64,000 nucleotides of DNA from Lama glama (lineage: Eukaryota). The stretch covers positions 60,018,001-60,082,000 of the forward strand of contig CM052817.1 in NCBI GenBank assembly GCA_028534125.1, in the 5' to 3' direction. Position numbers and translations under genes: made by a program. Below are positions 39,921 through 52,882 of this stretch, one piece after another. The stretch's first letter is position 1, and each line of letters starts with the position of its first letter. The notes beneath the pieces are model-generated. The model was not told the DNA's origin. It saw nothing but the letters and a program-made list of their open reading frames with translations, and did not search any database.

Positions 39921-42699
39921 CATACACACACATACACACACACATACACAAGTCTATGTTTAGACTATGTATTCACATTAATACTGCTTACTGTTGTCTT
40001 AAGGAATAGATCACTTGATCTACTTCTCACCGTTTTGGTACAGCCTAAATATTTTAACAGGGTTGTTTTAATACTGGAGGATGATTACTTTTGAATTTTG
40101 GGTCATCATATCTTTGATATGAAATAACTATATATTTACTTTTCTACTTAATTTTCTAAATACGTTTACCTACCATGGTTTCCCCAATATATTTGAGCAT
40201 ATACTGATTTGAAAGAGAGCAATAGTTTGCAGTTACAGTTTTGGTCTCCTTCCTGTTCTTTGGTTTCAGGGTAAACATATTAGGCTTGGAAGTTCTTAAA
40301 GCGTTTAAATATTTAAAGACCTTGAAACAACTTATAATGCTACAAAGTAAAAAGGAAAGTGAAAAGAAGTGACAAAAAAAAAAAAAGAAACATGGTCAGC
40401 ATGTAAATTTATGATGTAATAGAATTTGGCTGAAAATCAGTTGGACTTTTCTCCCTTGCTTTCATGATTTGACTCATGAACAAGTGCCCAAAAGCACTAA
40501 ATTTTCTCAGCAGTCTTTTCATTACATAAGTATGGAGAATGGAATGCAGTAAATCTGCATCCAGCTACTTTTTAACTATTGTAGATCTAGGGATTAGGTA
40601 ATAACTTGCAATAATTTTGCTTTACTCCAAAATATTTGTGCTGTCCCTATACATCTTCCTAAAATTGTCATCAACTTTGACATATTTCACTGTACATTGC
40701 CTTATAAAGTAGTCTGTGGTATGCACTGAATAAACCCATGGTTGAATAAACTCATGAGTAACTTCAAGTATCTGAATTAAAATCTGGAGAATTTATGTTA
40801 TACTAGACATGGCATACAGCTTTTAAAATACATTTACTGTGGCAGTTTTTATTATAAAAATGCAAAGCTTTGGGAGAAAATGTCATCTAGTTTTATCCTA
40901 TGATTAGTGCTGAGAACAATATGAGAGACTACACCTGGAGGTTCCTCCACAGTGGTATTTAATAGTTACTTTGTACGCTTTACAGTGGGTACTCATTAAG
41001 TTGTTAATTTGCTAGTTATTTGATACTTTTACCTGAAAGCAACTTAACCACTTAGTTTTGCTCTTGGAATGCTAAATTTATGGAATAAATTATGATAGAA
41101 TTTTTGCCCATTTATCAGTCAGAAGAACTCATAAATCTTGCTTCTTGTGGTCCTTTTAAATATTTACAACTTGTTTCACTGGTATGCATGAACCCTGTGT
41201 CTGAAGAACCATTATTTTTCTTCTGGTCTGTCACTTAGTTCTTGTGTCACATTGAGCAAGTTCTTTTTTTTCTGGGCCCTAACATCATCGTTATATTCCC
41301 TGGAGATATAATTTTCTTGGATACCACTGAGATCACATACCACTGTCTTTCTTAAGCACAAATTTCTTTCCAGAAGTCTTTATCAATTAGGCAAATTATG
41401 TGTAGAAAAGATATATTATCTTCAGAACATCAATGTTAGAAACAGTACTGCCTTCCTATTAGGTATTTAATGAAATACATAGAGAATCTGTCGAATATAA
41501 TTCCTCAAATCCTTGAGAATTTATAATAGTGGTAGCTGGATAAATATGAATTCAGTTGAAGAGAAGCTTATAATTTAACTACTGAGAAATTGAAACATAA
41601 AATTAGAGATAATCTAATCTAAAATGATACAGAATGACTTTTTATAATGGTAAAACAATAAAATAGGTTACTTTTAATTAAGTATAAGAAAAATGTGTAG
41701 ATTTGGTTCACTTCTGATGTTGAAAAAATTCTTTTCTCATCTCTAATCTTATATGATCTTTAGTACTTTTATCAGAATAACAAGTGATTTCTTTAGGAAT
41801 TGTATTTATTTATTTTGATGTATATACAAGAAAAAAAAAATTCCCCTAGAAATTACATGACATTTGACCTAAAGTTTTAGAAGAAAAAGTAGAAACAGTG
41901 AGTTATTCAACAAACGTATCTTGGGACACTCCTATGCTCAAGGCAGAGTAATAAGCAAAGGTTCTATTCTTAAGGAATATATAATCAAGTACATTGTCAG
42001 AACAAAAAAAGATAGGATTCTACAACTCTTATTCATAGTTTTGTTTAACATGTCTTGTTTCTCATCAAGCTCTCTTTACTTTTCCTATCACACCTCTTCC
42101 ACAACGTACAGGAAAAGAGACCATTATAAGCTCCCTGATTGTTCTCTCTTTGCTTACTAAGTACCAACATAGTCTCACAAAAATCTTGGTAAGAAGAAAA
42201 AAGCGTTTATTATTAAACATCCAGTAGATTTATTACTGAACTATTCTCCCAGGTAGTGTTGTGGACTTCCATATTAGGTCTGTCAAGATGCAGTTGCTTC
42301 AACCCTTCTCTCCTATAAAATAATCCCCACTCTCCATTGTTCATACATGGATTCCTGAGACCTAGCCCTACTCCAAAATGTTAATGATGCAATTTCTCCT
42401 TAATGAAGTTCCTCCATTTGAGTTTCTGACCCAAAAATTCACAGGACAGTACAATTTCTACTTTTAGTAATGGGTTGTCCTTTCCTCAGTCTCTTCCTAG
42501 GTCTGGGACAGTGGTGTGCTTTTGCCTGGCTTCATCTTTCTTTTCTGTTGTCCTGGCCAGCCTCTAGTGACTGAGACTCTAATACCTATAATCATATCTT
42601 TATGACAGTTAACTAGCTTGCTTAGATTTCTGAATATCTTTATTCTGGGTTTACCATCTTGATATTTAAAGCATACTGGAATATTGGAAAACTGTATCA

Positions 42700-43175
42700 G
42701 ATAAGATAATTTGTTTAGGCAATGCCAAAACAAACAAATAAAAACCCCTCAAACTGACTTAAACAAATAAACAAAGAAATGTGTTGGCTTAAAAAAAATC
42801 CAAAGCTAAATCTAGATTCAAGTCTGATGTAGAGATTCAGCAACACCATCCTTCCTGGCTTCTCTAGCTCTCCTCTGACTTCCAGGGTGTTGCCATCAGC
42901 CCGAGAATCTACATGTTATCCTAGTCCCACCAGGAACTCCATACTGTGCTATGTGATAGCAAAATTTCAGCAGTCAAGGAACAGCCTATCTTTTATAACC
43001 TCACATCATGTCCAAGAGTAGAGAGAGACCTTTCTGTAGCCTCTGCAAAATCCTGGCGTTTACCCCCCATCTCTCTGTTAGACTTGTGTCCATCTTTAAA
43101 CCAATTATTGGTTTTAAAGCAGTAGATACACTGAAATTTTAAGCCATTCAGAATTGGAGTTGGAGCTAGGGTGGG
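42700..43175 (-). mobile_element. Old MaLR (MLT1) LTR fragment
   Basis: CAAACTGACTTAAACAAA...GAAATGTGTTGGCT and GACTTGTGTCCATCTTTAAACCAATTA motifs. Confidence 0.5.
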
Positions 43176-46100
43176 ATCCATTCCGTAGACTTTGTAAGAT
43201 TTTCTTTTAAGGAATACCAGAGAAGAGAGACAGGTGGATGCTGTAGAAGTAGTCAGCCAGTGTCCCTTACAGACATTCCCAGGACCCTCGTATCCTAACA
43301 CTGAGCACTAACTATTTGTAGAATATGATAAATTGCCATGCCTTTTTTTAGGCACTTTGGCTTGCCCACTGAATTCAATGTGTATTGTTATCTCATCCAG
43401 CTGGGAATTCACCCCCCGAAATAGGTTGTGATATAGAAGGGAAGTCATTATTATCTTCTAATGCTCTTTAGCCACCTGCCTCAGTTGCTTTAGTTAAGGC
43501 ATTAGAATCAGTGATGGATATGAAAATTCAGCAGTCATGAATGAGGACAGTAGTTCCAAGAACTACTAGTGAAAGAACTAGTGAAAGAACATCTTTAGAC
43601 ACTCACATGTACCAAGAAGGAATTCAAGAAATGTAGTGCTAGGAATGATACTTGCCCTCAACAGGTATCCTAGACCCTTGCTGTTGAAGTGGTCCTATGG
43701 GAAGTAGAAACTGAATATTTCTTATGGAAACTGCTCTGGACTTAATGATATGTTTTGAAAAGTTCAGTGCTTATTTTGTAACCTTCATCTTTTTTTGCAT
43801 CTCAAGAAATGTTTGAGAAAACTCCTACCTTACTTCTCATTCCAAATATTTGTTGATTTTGAAGTCTCAGTTCTTATTAAGAGGAAGTTGCAGAAGAACA
43901 TGCTTTGTTTTCCAATAACAGCAGTCATTTATACAGATATTTAAATATATGTTTGAAAATATTAATATTTGTTGATAAAATATTCTTAGAGATAAGTGAT
44001 TTTTTATTTGTAAAACTGAACTTCATATTGTATCTAATTAAATATAAATTATTCAGTTAGTGGCTAATATTTGTTTTATGTTCAAAGAATATTAATTATA
44101 AGAAAATTATTTTTCTCATTTGTTTCACCAGAGAAATGGAAAAGCATTTGTTTATTCTTGGCAAACACACCTTTGCATAAGGAATGGACAAAGCAAACAT
44201 ATGGAGCATATGTACATTCAATTTGTACATACATTTGATTAAGAAGAAAGCAGAAATATTCAAATGTAATAGAAAATATATTGAGAGTATAAAATATGGG
44301 TAGTATCCTGACCAGACTTTAAAATAGTTTGGATAATAATAATTACTGAATTGTTTCTAATAGCAAAAACAAAAAGAGATATATAGGTTTAAAATAACAT
44401 AATTTTTTAAAATTTTAAGTTATGTCAAAGCAGTAAAAGAGAACTAGTAAAGAAATTAATTACAAATAATCATTCTTCAAGCAATGTGAATTAAAGGGCA
44501 ATAATCAAAATAAAAATTTGAAACAAACATATGAATGTATCTATTCTAAATATACACCAAGTGAGTTCCTTGACTTTTAAATAATCAAGGGAATTAGTCC
44601 CCTCAAAATGGGATCCTTAATTCATAAAATGTAAAACTTCCAAATACAGATATTTTGAGTAACTACAAAGAGGTAGTGTTTAGAAATAGACACACTGGAA
44701 TCAGTGTTCCCTTTTCCATCTAGCTTTCTATTCAGTGTTAAATAAAATATATATGCTATGGCTCAATTTTGTAGCTCCTTTTCTGACACTTGTTTTGACC
44801 TTTCTTTGCCTTCAGTGTCTGTCATGAGACATAGACATGAACAGCTTTTACACTTTGAAATACAAACTTTTATACTATACTATATGACTTTTGACATTCA
44901 TAACCATTTCTACATTCTAATAATTAAATAGTTTAAAGGTAGTGGTCAAAAAGCATGAACAATACTTTGATTAGCTATGTCTTGATGTTTTGAACCTTGA
45001 AGTGTCTAATCTGCAGTATCTTTCATCATAACCTACATAGACAAGGGGAACTTCAATAGCCACTAGACAGCTGGATGACAGCCAGATGAGCCAATGTTCT
45101 AAGGGCTGTCAGTGACCTTGGAGTGAATTTTGCAAAGGAGCAAATTTCTCTGTGTCAGACAGGCTGCTCTGTGATTAAGTAAGTAAGCACACCCACAAAG
45201 CTGTAGAGCTTGTTAAACACATGTTGGCTGTAAACAATATCCTTTCTCTAAAGGACTTTGAGTGGAATGATGAATATGGAGCCAGATTTATAGTAAAATA
45301 GTCTGTACCTCATATGTAGGAAGTACTCAAATAACTGGAGTGGATTTATGCAACTTGGATTAAATAGTGAAAAAAAATCAAAACTTCTAGCTTTCTATTC
45401 CCTTGAAGCAAGATGTAATTCTTTCACTTTTCTCTAGTGTTTCTTCCTTTGAGTAACATTCTCTCTTAACCATATAGGGGGGAAAAAATCAAGAGATGGA
45501 CACAGTAAGAAAGTTAATGTATTTATTAATGTATTTGTCTAAGAAGAGTTCCCATTTCCCCTAGATTTCTGAGGTCTGTGACAAGCATAACATTTCTTGA
45601 CTAGAATACCAAATAAATGTAGGAGTGTTTCTTAGCAAAAGAAAAGTTTAAGTGGACAAAGTCAAATTATCTGACAGCTGTGCAGTCATGGATATACGGT
45701 TTAAAATGCTCATGGGAATGAGGGATATTGTGGGTGGCCATTTTAGGATATCTGAGGAGAGGGAAAAAAATACAATGTATTTATTCAAGTGATTTTTTTT
45801 AATTTGGTTCTTTTTGATACTCTGACAAACATGCTAGACCACAGCACAATTCAGACTAAACTTTTTAGACCACTGGGGTCTAATGGGATGCTTTTTCTTT
45901 GATAAGGTTATACTAAAACATGTACCAGAAATACAGATTATGGCAGATAATTATGTAAAGGATATCATTAATAAAGTTACAGTGTGTATATGTCTGTGTC
46001 TGTGTAATTTTGTATGTGCACATATGTTGTTGCAGAAATTGGAAGAGATATTCTTAGGAAAGAGATAGCAAATTTATAACTTTCAATGGTAACAGTACGA

Positions 46101-46829
46101 ATTTCACTTATTTCAATTCTCTTTTGAACCAGTGCATTTTAAAATTGTATTTTAATAATCCATCTGGTAATGATCATAAAAGAAGGTACACACTAATTGA
46201 TTAAATAAGTAAAGGAATATGAATAAATGAAAATTCATAGCACTTACTCTGACTCCTATAGTTTTTACTGTTACTGATTGCTATACAAAACAGTTTTATT
46301 GCAAATATAACTAATAAACCCACTTTAAAACAATGATTAGTTAAGTAACCGCTTATAGAATTAAAGAATTAAACCCAATGAATATCATGATCTGTGGACA
46401 TGTCAGATATTTCCCTTTAGATATATGTCAGCCTGAATTTATTCAAGTATGTTACCAAAATATTTTCAGTAAGATGTAGAATGATACCACTTTGGATAGG
46501 ATCACTAAAATCTAGATAGAGAGAGCTTGGATTTCTTGTGACTTTAAAATATTGGAGGGATGTTACATAATCAATGATACTGCATTCATAAGAGATAAGT
46601 GTAACAGAAAATAGATGGCTAGGCATAAATCATGTTGCTCTGAAACGAGTTAACCTGAATAAGCAGTGTGAAAGCTTATTACAGAAAGCTCCAAATCTTA
46701 TGCATTCTCTTTTTTTTTGTCCACACAGTGGTATTTTTTTCAGTTTAAAACAAACAAACAACAAAAACAAAACATTTGAATATTCTCCCAGTAGAATGAC
46801 TGCAAGTGTGTATTGGAAAACAAATCTCA

Positions 46830-47200
46830 GTTTGATTAAGAATGAGTGTGCAGTTTAATTTCCACTTTTCAAAACCGATGAGATGGACATGTGTAAGACT
46901 CAGAAATGCCATCTAAAATGATTAATGGCCTGGAAACCAGGACCTCTGAAGAAGGATTCAAGGAGTTACTGTCATTTAATTTGAGAAAAGAAGGCAACTC
47001 TTGTATATAAAAGACTATGGTTAAAAAAAAAAATTCCCAAAATGAAGAAATGTGTGAAAATAAAAAGATATAGGACTAAGTAAAAAAAAGAAAATTTAGA
47101 CTCAATATAAGAATGTTATAATGATGGTTTTTTTTAAAGGGTGTAACTTCTATTGTTTAACCATAGAAATAGGAAGTCCTTCATCTGTATTGATACCAGT
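46830..47200 (+). mobile_element. L3/CR1 3' fragment
   Basis: GGCCTGGAAACCAGGACCTCTGAAGAAGGATTCAAGGAGTT...GAGAAAAGAAGGC and AATTTAGACTCAATATAAGAA. Confidence 0.6.
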
Positions 47201-47684
47201 AATGTCTAAATTAATGGCAATATGAAGAAACCCCTTCAGTGCTCATTCTTCACGATTTATCAAAAGCAGACAAACATGTTTGTGTGCCTTATAGTGCATA
47301 GTCTTCTCTGATAATTCTATAGAGGTTAACATACATACCTCTTAACACATGAAATACTTAGTGTTCTTATTTTGCTGCAAAGACCCCTCAGTTATTTGAC
47401 CTAGTAAGGGAATGTAGTGTATGTTTTGCATCATGTGGACACATCAGAGTCTTGAGAGTTCCGAGGGCTTTGGTGGCTCTTACCATCTTTGAAAGAGAAG
47501 TTCACAAGTCAGTTTCGTTATGTGTTGGAAGAAAACTCAGCACTTTTCATAGCACTGAAAGAACTCATGGAGTCTGCCTTGTGAGAAGCAAGATACCAAG
47601 GAACTGGAAGATGACTGAAGGAGATAGACAACCCTAAAGAATAGGAGCTACCTATGAGAGGAAATATAAAATATTTGTGAGGAA

Positions 47685-47885
47685 AAATTAATGTAGGATC
47701 AAATTACCTGGGTTCCTACCCAAATCTGTCCATAAATTAGATGCTCTATGCCTTCATCTCTAAACTGGCAGTAATGATGATATAGATCACATTGTGTTCT
47801 TACGGGGATTAAGTGAATTATTGCTGCTAAATACTTAAAATAGTGGCTGGCACAGTATATAAAAACTATGAGAGTTCGTGATTAT
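47685..47885 (+). mobile_element. MIR SINE
   Basis: ACCTGGGTTCCTACCC...CTTCATCTCTAAACTGG...GGGATTAAGTGA...GCTGGCACAG. Confidence 0.55.
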
Positions 47886-48529
47886 CGCTAAAATTAGGTA
47901 TGTGAGTCTGGTATATTTGAATACTCGTCTTGAACCAGTGAATTTAGAAGTAGCATTTTAATATCCAGACTTAGAAGGTAGCAACTTTCTGGACTTACTT
48001 AGATGACCTAAACTTTGTTAGTTGAAGATTCAAAAAAAATAAAAGATTTCTCTGAAAGTATTCCTTTTTCTAGAAGTGATTACTTTTCAACAGAAGCTAT
48101 TTTTACTCCTATGTAAATTTTACGTCATATTTTCTATCTATTGTGAACCAAAAAAAGGGTTTCATTTTCCTGTTAGCATCGTTTCTGTTATTACCTCCTG
48201 TGTGTGTGATACTCTCTGCTTGGCCTGGTCTGTTCTTCATATTGTAACTAATGGATACATCCCCTATGGGATGCATAACAAATGTTATGCAGCCAGAGGC
48301 TGTGTCTAACGGCAGGCCATGAATTGCAGGCAGAGCAGATGATGGTCAGCAGCCTTTAGTGCTGGCCTAGGCCTCAAATATGAGCATCAGACTGGCCTTC
48401 TTATTGGCTGAGCTCCAGTAGACATAATATATGCAAATGAATCTTCAACTTTGTTTCTGTCATTTTTGGGATGTGCAATCTATACCTATTGTCACTCTCT
48501 CCTAAAAATAAAAAATCTTTGATTTTTGT

Positions 48530-50880
48530 GACAGGCACTTCTCTAAGCACTGGGGATATAGTGAAAAAATAGGCAGAGTTCTCTTGCTTGTATGAAGCTA
48601 CCATTGAATAGACAAGTAAGTAACTAGTGATGATGATTTCATGTTTTTTAGGTACTATTACAAAAATAAAATAGATAAAGCAATACAGAGTAACTGGGGT
48701 GGAGTGTGCTATTTCAGATAAAATTGTAAGGAAACCTCTCTTTGAAGAAACATTTAAGCCTGAATTGAGGGAATTCACCATGTGAAGATCTGGGTGATGA
48801 GTGATGAATGTTCTAGGCAGAGTTAACGAAAATTTGCAAAGTGCTTGTGTCAGAAAAGAGCTAGATGTGTTCAAGGAACAAAAGGAAAGCTGTATGGATG
48901 AAACAAGGGCATTGAAGGTAGAAGCCATATTATAGAGTTACTGTATGATGCAGCATCCCCACTCCTGGGCATGTATCCAGAAAAGACGAAAATTCTATTT
49001 TGATAAGATACACGTGCTCCAACGTTCATAGCAGCATTATTTACAATAGACAAGATATGGAAGCAACTTAAGGGTCCATCAACAGATAAATGGATAGAGA
49101 AGGTGTGGTATACATATATATATAATGGAATATTAGCCATAAAAAGAATGAAATATTGTCATTTGCAACAACATGGATGGACTTCGATATTATTGTACTG
49201 AGTGAAGTCAGTCAGACAGAGAAAGGGAGATACTATGTGATATTATGTGTATGTGGAAACTAAAAAATAATACAAATGAACTTACAAAACGGAAACAGAC
49301 TTACAGACTTAGAAAACAAACTTATGGGTGGGGGGAATTAGGAGTATAGGATTAACAGACACACACTACCATATATAAAATAGATAAACAAGAAGGATTT
49401 ACTTCATAGCACAGGGAACTATACTCAATATCTTGCAAACACCTACAATGGAAAGGAATCTTAAAAAGAATATTTATGTGTGTGTGTGTATATATATACA
49501 GCTTTGCTGTATACTGGAAACTAACACAATGTTGTAAGTCAATTGTACTTCAATTTAAAAATATATTATCATGGAAGTACTCAGGAGCCATTCATGTAGG
49601 AATCTTGCATTTAATTTCATTCTAAGCGTAAGTCATTGCAAGAATTAATTTTAAGTAGTGAAATGGCATCATCGTGTTTACATATTTTTAAAATTATTCA
49701 GGTTTTGCATGGAGTATGAACTGTAGAATACATAAGTTTTACAAAATTCAGTAAGGAGGATATTGGTTTATCTATTCCAAAGATGTTGGTGGAGTGAAAA
49801 GGATACTGTGAAGATGTGGAAGAGTAGTCAAAATTTCCTTTGGGGATAGACATCTTGATAGACTGTGAATGTTGAGAAAAATGGAAGCGTCCCAGATGCT
49901 AGGGACTGCTTTTGTTTTCTCCTTTATCTTATCAAATGAGAGCTGAGAAGAAATCAGCTGTGCATATTATTTGAATCCAGGGGTGGAAGTCAGTTCAGAA
50001 TATGTAAAATTGGAAGTCATCAACATAAAAATCATGTTCAGAGTCATGAGAATAGATGACATCATCAGTGAAAGGATTATAATATAGAAGAGTAGATAGT
50101 CATAGATTCAGCTTAAGGACCCCTAACACTTAGAGTTGACTGATTGGAGGAAGAAGAGCCAGGAAATGTCACTTACAAGAAGTGACCATTGAGGCGGAAT
50201 GAAAAGCAGAAAACTATTGTTTCCTGGAAGCCAAGAAACTGTATTTTTATGAGACAGTGGTCAACTGTGTCATGTGCTGCTAAAAAGTTGAATAAGTGAT
50301 AAAAAGGATCAACAACTGGATTTAAGCAAGACAGAAATCTCTGAAGACCTTTGCAACAAAATTTTAGTGGGATTAGTGGGGCAAATTCCCAACAGGAAGT
50401 AGCTTGAAAAGAAAAAGAGTGTGTATGTGGCACGGGTCAGGTGGGTGGAGGTCAAAAAGAATTGGCAAATACTGACAATCCTTTTTGAGATGTTTTTCTG
50501 TGAATGGAAGCAGAGAAGCAAAAGAGGAACATAGTATCAAGAGAAGACTTAAAAAGAAAAAAAAATGCAAAGGTGATCACTGATGAATATAAGACAGAGA
50601 ACAGATAACTGCACGACCTAAGGCCTTGAGCGGATGAGAGGTGATGGGATCCAGAGTACATATGCATCCAATACTCTTAGATAAGTTCAATAAGGAGGTC
50701 AGATTCAAACTTAAATGTAGGTAGACTGGCAGATCTGGTGTTGGGAAAGAGATCTGTTCTCTTTTGATTGCTTCTTTTTTCCAAAGTGTAAGGCATAATC
50801 ATCAGCTGAGAACAGGGGGACAAGTGTTAGATTTTTGAAGACCAAGATTTGATAAAATTATCTCAGGGAATGGAAATGAA
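48530..50880 (-). mobile_element. Long L2 remnant interrupted by an L1 3' end
   Basis: L2 3' end at ~48530; minus ORF 50173-50433 contains FLAAHDTVDHCLI...LGFQET, similar to the L2 RT motif DLSAAFDTVDH. Confidence 0.8.
48934..49562 (+). mobile_element. 5'-truncated older L1 (ORF2 end plus 3' UTR)
   Basis: CCACTCCTGGGCATGTATCCAGA, GTTCATAGCAGCATTATTTACAATAG, ATAGCACAGGGAACTATACTCAATATCTTG; candidate TSD ATATTAT (48927-48933 / 49563-49569). Confidence 0.9.
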
Positions 50881-51139
50881 GAAGAATGAACTGGTGAGAT
50901 GCAGAATGCATCGGTGCCTTTTTTTTTTTTTTTTTTCGCTTTTTTGCTTTCAGATGGGATGGTGTCCTGTTGTTATTTGGAAACTGACAATAGCATCTAT
51001 ATTTTAAATTTTGTTAAATAAATTTTGATGTGAAACCAGATAGCATAGTTAATAAATGAGATCTTTTGTGACTAATAAGCCTGACTTCAACAGATTAAAT
51101 TCCTTAAGCCTATAAGTGTCAACTTTATGTACTCAGTAG

Positions 51140-51375
51140 GGATGATATCTTATGGGTAAAGAGCTTGAGTTTAAATCTTGACTTCACTGCTGACTAACAG
51201 AGGCCCCTGGGCCTCTGGCTATTCACTTATCTGAAAAACTATCTGAAAAATTAAAATAAAAATAGGTTCAAATAATAATACCATTGTGAAGATTAAAAAA
51301 GGTAAACCCTTTACACACGTCCACTCTCTTAATTGGACAATGCTCCATGAAAATTATCTGTCAATAACAGTGGTA
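51140..51375 (+). mobile_element. MIR SINE
   Basis: TGAGTTTAAATCTTGACTTCACTGCTGACTA...TTGTGAAGATTAAA. Confidence 0.5.
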
Positions 51376-52486
51376 GCAGTATTTGTACTACTCAGAATCC
51401 AGTACTTGATAGTAGTATATTCATGGCCATGGAGGTTTATGTTTACTTACTGCATTTTAGTCAAAGTATTTTGTCTTATTCCAATATTATTTGAATCCCT
51501 AAGGGATACATTTAACCTATATATATTGAAAAGTGGTCCTATACTTTGATCACATGTGAAATTTAGCAGTTTATTTTTAAACTGTATGTTAGATAAAAGC
51601 AAAAGAATGGGGGAATTTGGTACAAAAACTCCATTCTGAAAACAGATATGGAACATTTAAGATAAATTAGTCTTTCAAGTAGCATCAAAAAAATGGTTTT
51701 GATTTAATTTAAAAATTTTAGTTCCTTTGAATAACAACCTGTCAAGAGGTCTACCAGCAAAAGAAAACATTCTGATTGTGTACTCTAGGGACAGTATTCA
51801 AGGAAACACATAGAATTATTGGGAAAGCTCAGTTGCCTGTACTAGTTAGAAAGAAGCCATATCTTAAAATGTCATTCCTTCCGTCTCTTCATAAACAAAC
51901 AAGTAGTGATCTTTTCATCGGAGATCAGTAAGACCTCCAATAAAATCTGGACTTTCAAATCTGCACCACCTTCCCTTTATGACACTATCTCCCCAAATTT
52001 TATTTTTATTTAACCTATATTCCTGTCAGATTGGCTTGTTGCTTGTTCTCTGACTGGTCCCATTTCACATTTGCTTGCATAACTTTTCTTTTTTATGTAT
52101 AACAGTATTCTTTATACCTTAATATTTTCCCCTCCTCTCCTCATACTAAAATCCTATTTATTTTTATAGCCCTAAATCAATGCAAAGGTAATTTCCCCAA
52201 TCCTTCGCATATGCTAATAGCCTACTCTTTTCTATGTATTTATTGCTTCTGATTTTTATATTAGGTATGTCTCTAAATAGTTAGTCTTATGAGGTAATTA
52301 AGTATGTTAATTGATAGCAATATACTTAATGTTAAGAGTAATATTAAGTATATTTTATATGTGTACATATATAGTATCTATGCTGGCAAGTTTCTGGAGA
52401 GAGAAATTTGTATTAAGAGGCTTGAGTTCATCTACCAACGGTAATTTATACATAGAATGTGTCTAAATAATATTTGAAGAAACATG

Positions 52487-52882
52487 TGTTATGGATACTA
52501 TGCTGTACCAACATAGACCTCTGTTCAGAGCTAAAAGATTTCTTTCCCTAGCTGGTAGGAGATTGTCTAGCCAAAAGCTCTCAGCTCTTTTTGGGAAATG
52601 CTTTGGCTGAGTGGCGCTCAGTTAGGTTATTTCCACATCCAATGACTGGTCACCCTGGGAGGAGAGAGGCACAACCCCTTTACCCGACCCAGACAACTCT
52701 CCTATGCCATCCTAGCCCCAGATCTCCCTGAGAGTTGGCCAAGGCCTGTGACTGCACCATGGCTTCACAGCTCTGTCCATTCCTGTTCCTTCTCATGCAC
52801 CCCAAGTTGGGTACCCTAATAAATCTCTCACTTTCACATCTTCATTTCATAGTCTATTTCCAGGGAGACCTCAGCCTATCCA
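52487..52882 (+). mobile_element. ERVL (LTR16-like) solo LTR
   Basis: TG start, GC-rich body with CCAATGACTG, end CTAATAAATCTC...CATAGTCTATTTCCAGGGAGACC. Confidence 0.65.

Noticed and set aside
48401..48928. 175-aa minus-strand ORF as a gene
   Set aside because: Lies in degenerate L2 sequence and the L1 boundary; no recognisable domain
33060..48934. The L1 3' end at 48934-49562 as the displaced tail of the L1 ending at 33060
   Set aside because: 16 kb apart, not contiguous in ORF2, and the distal piece has its own candidate TSD inside an L2
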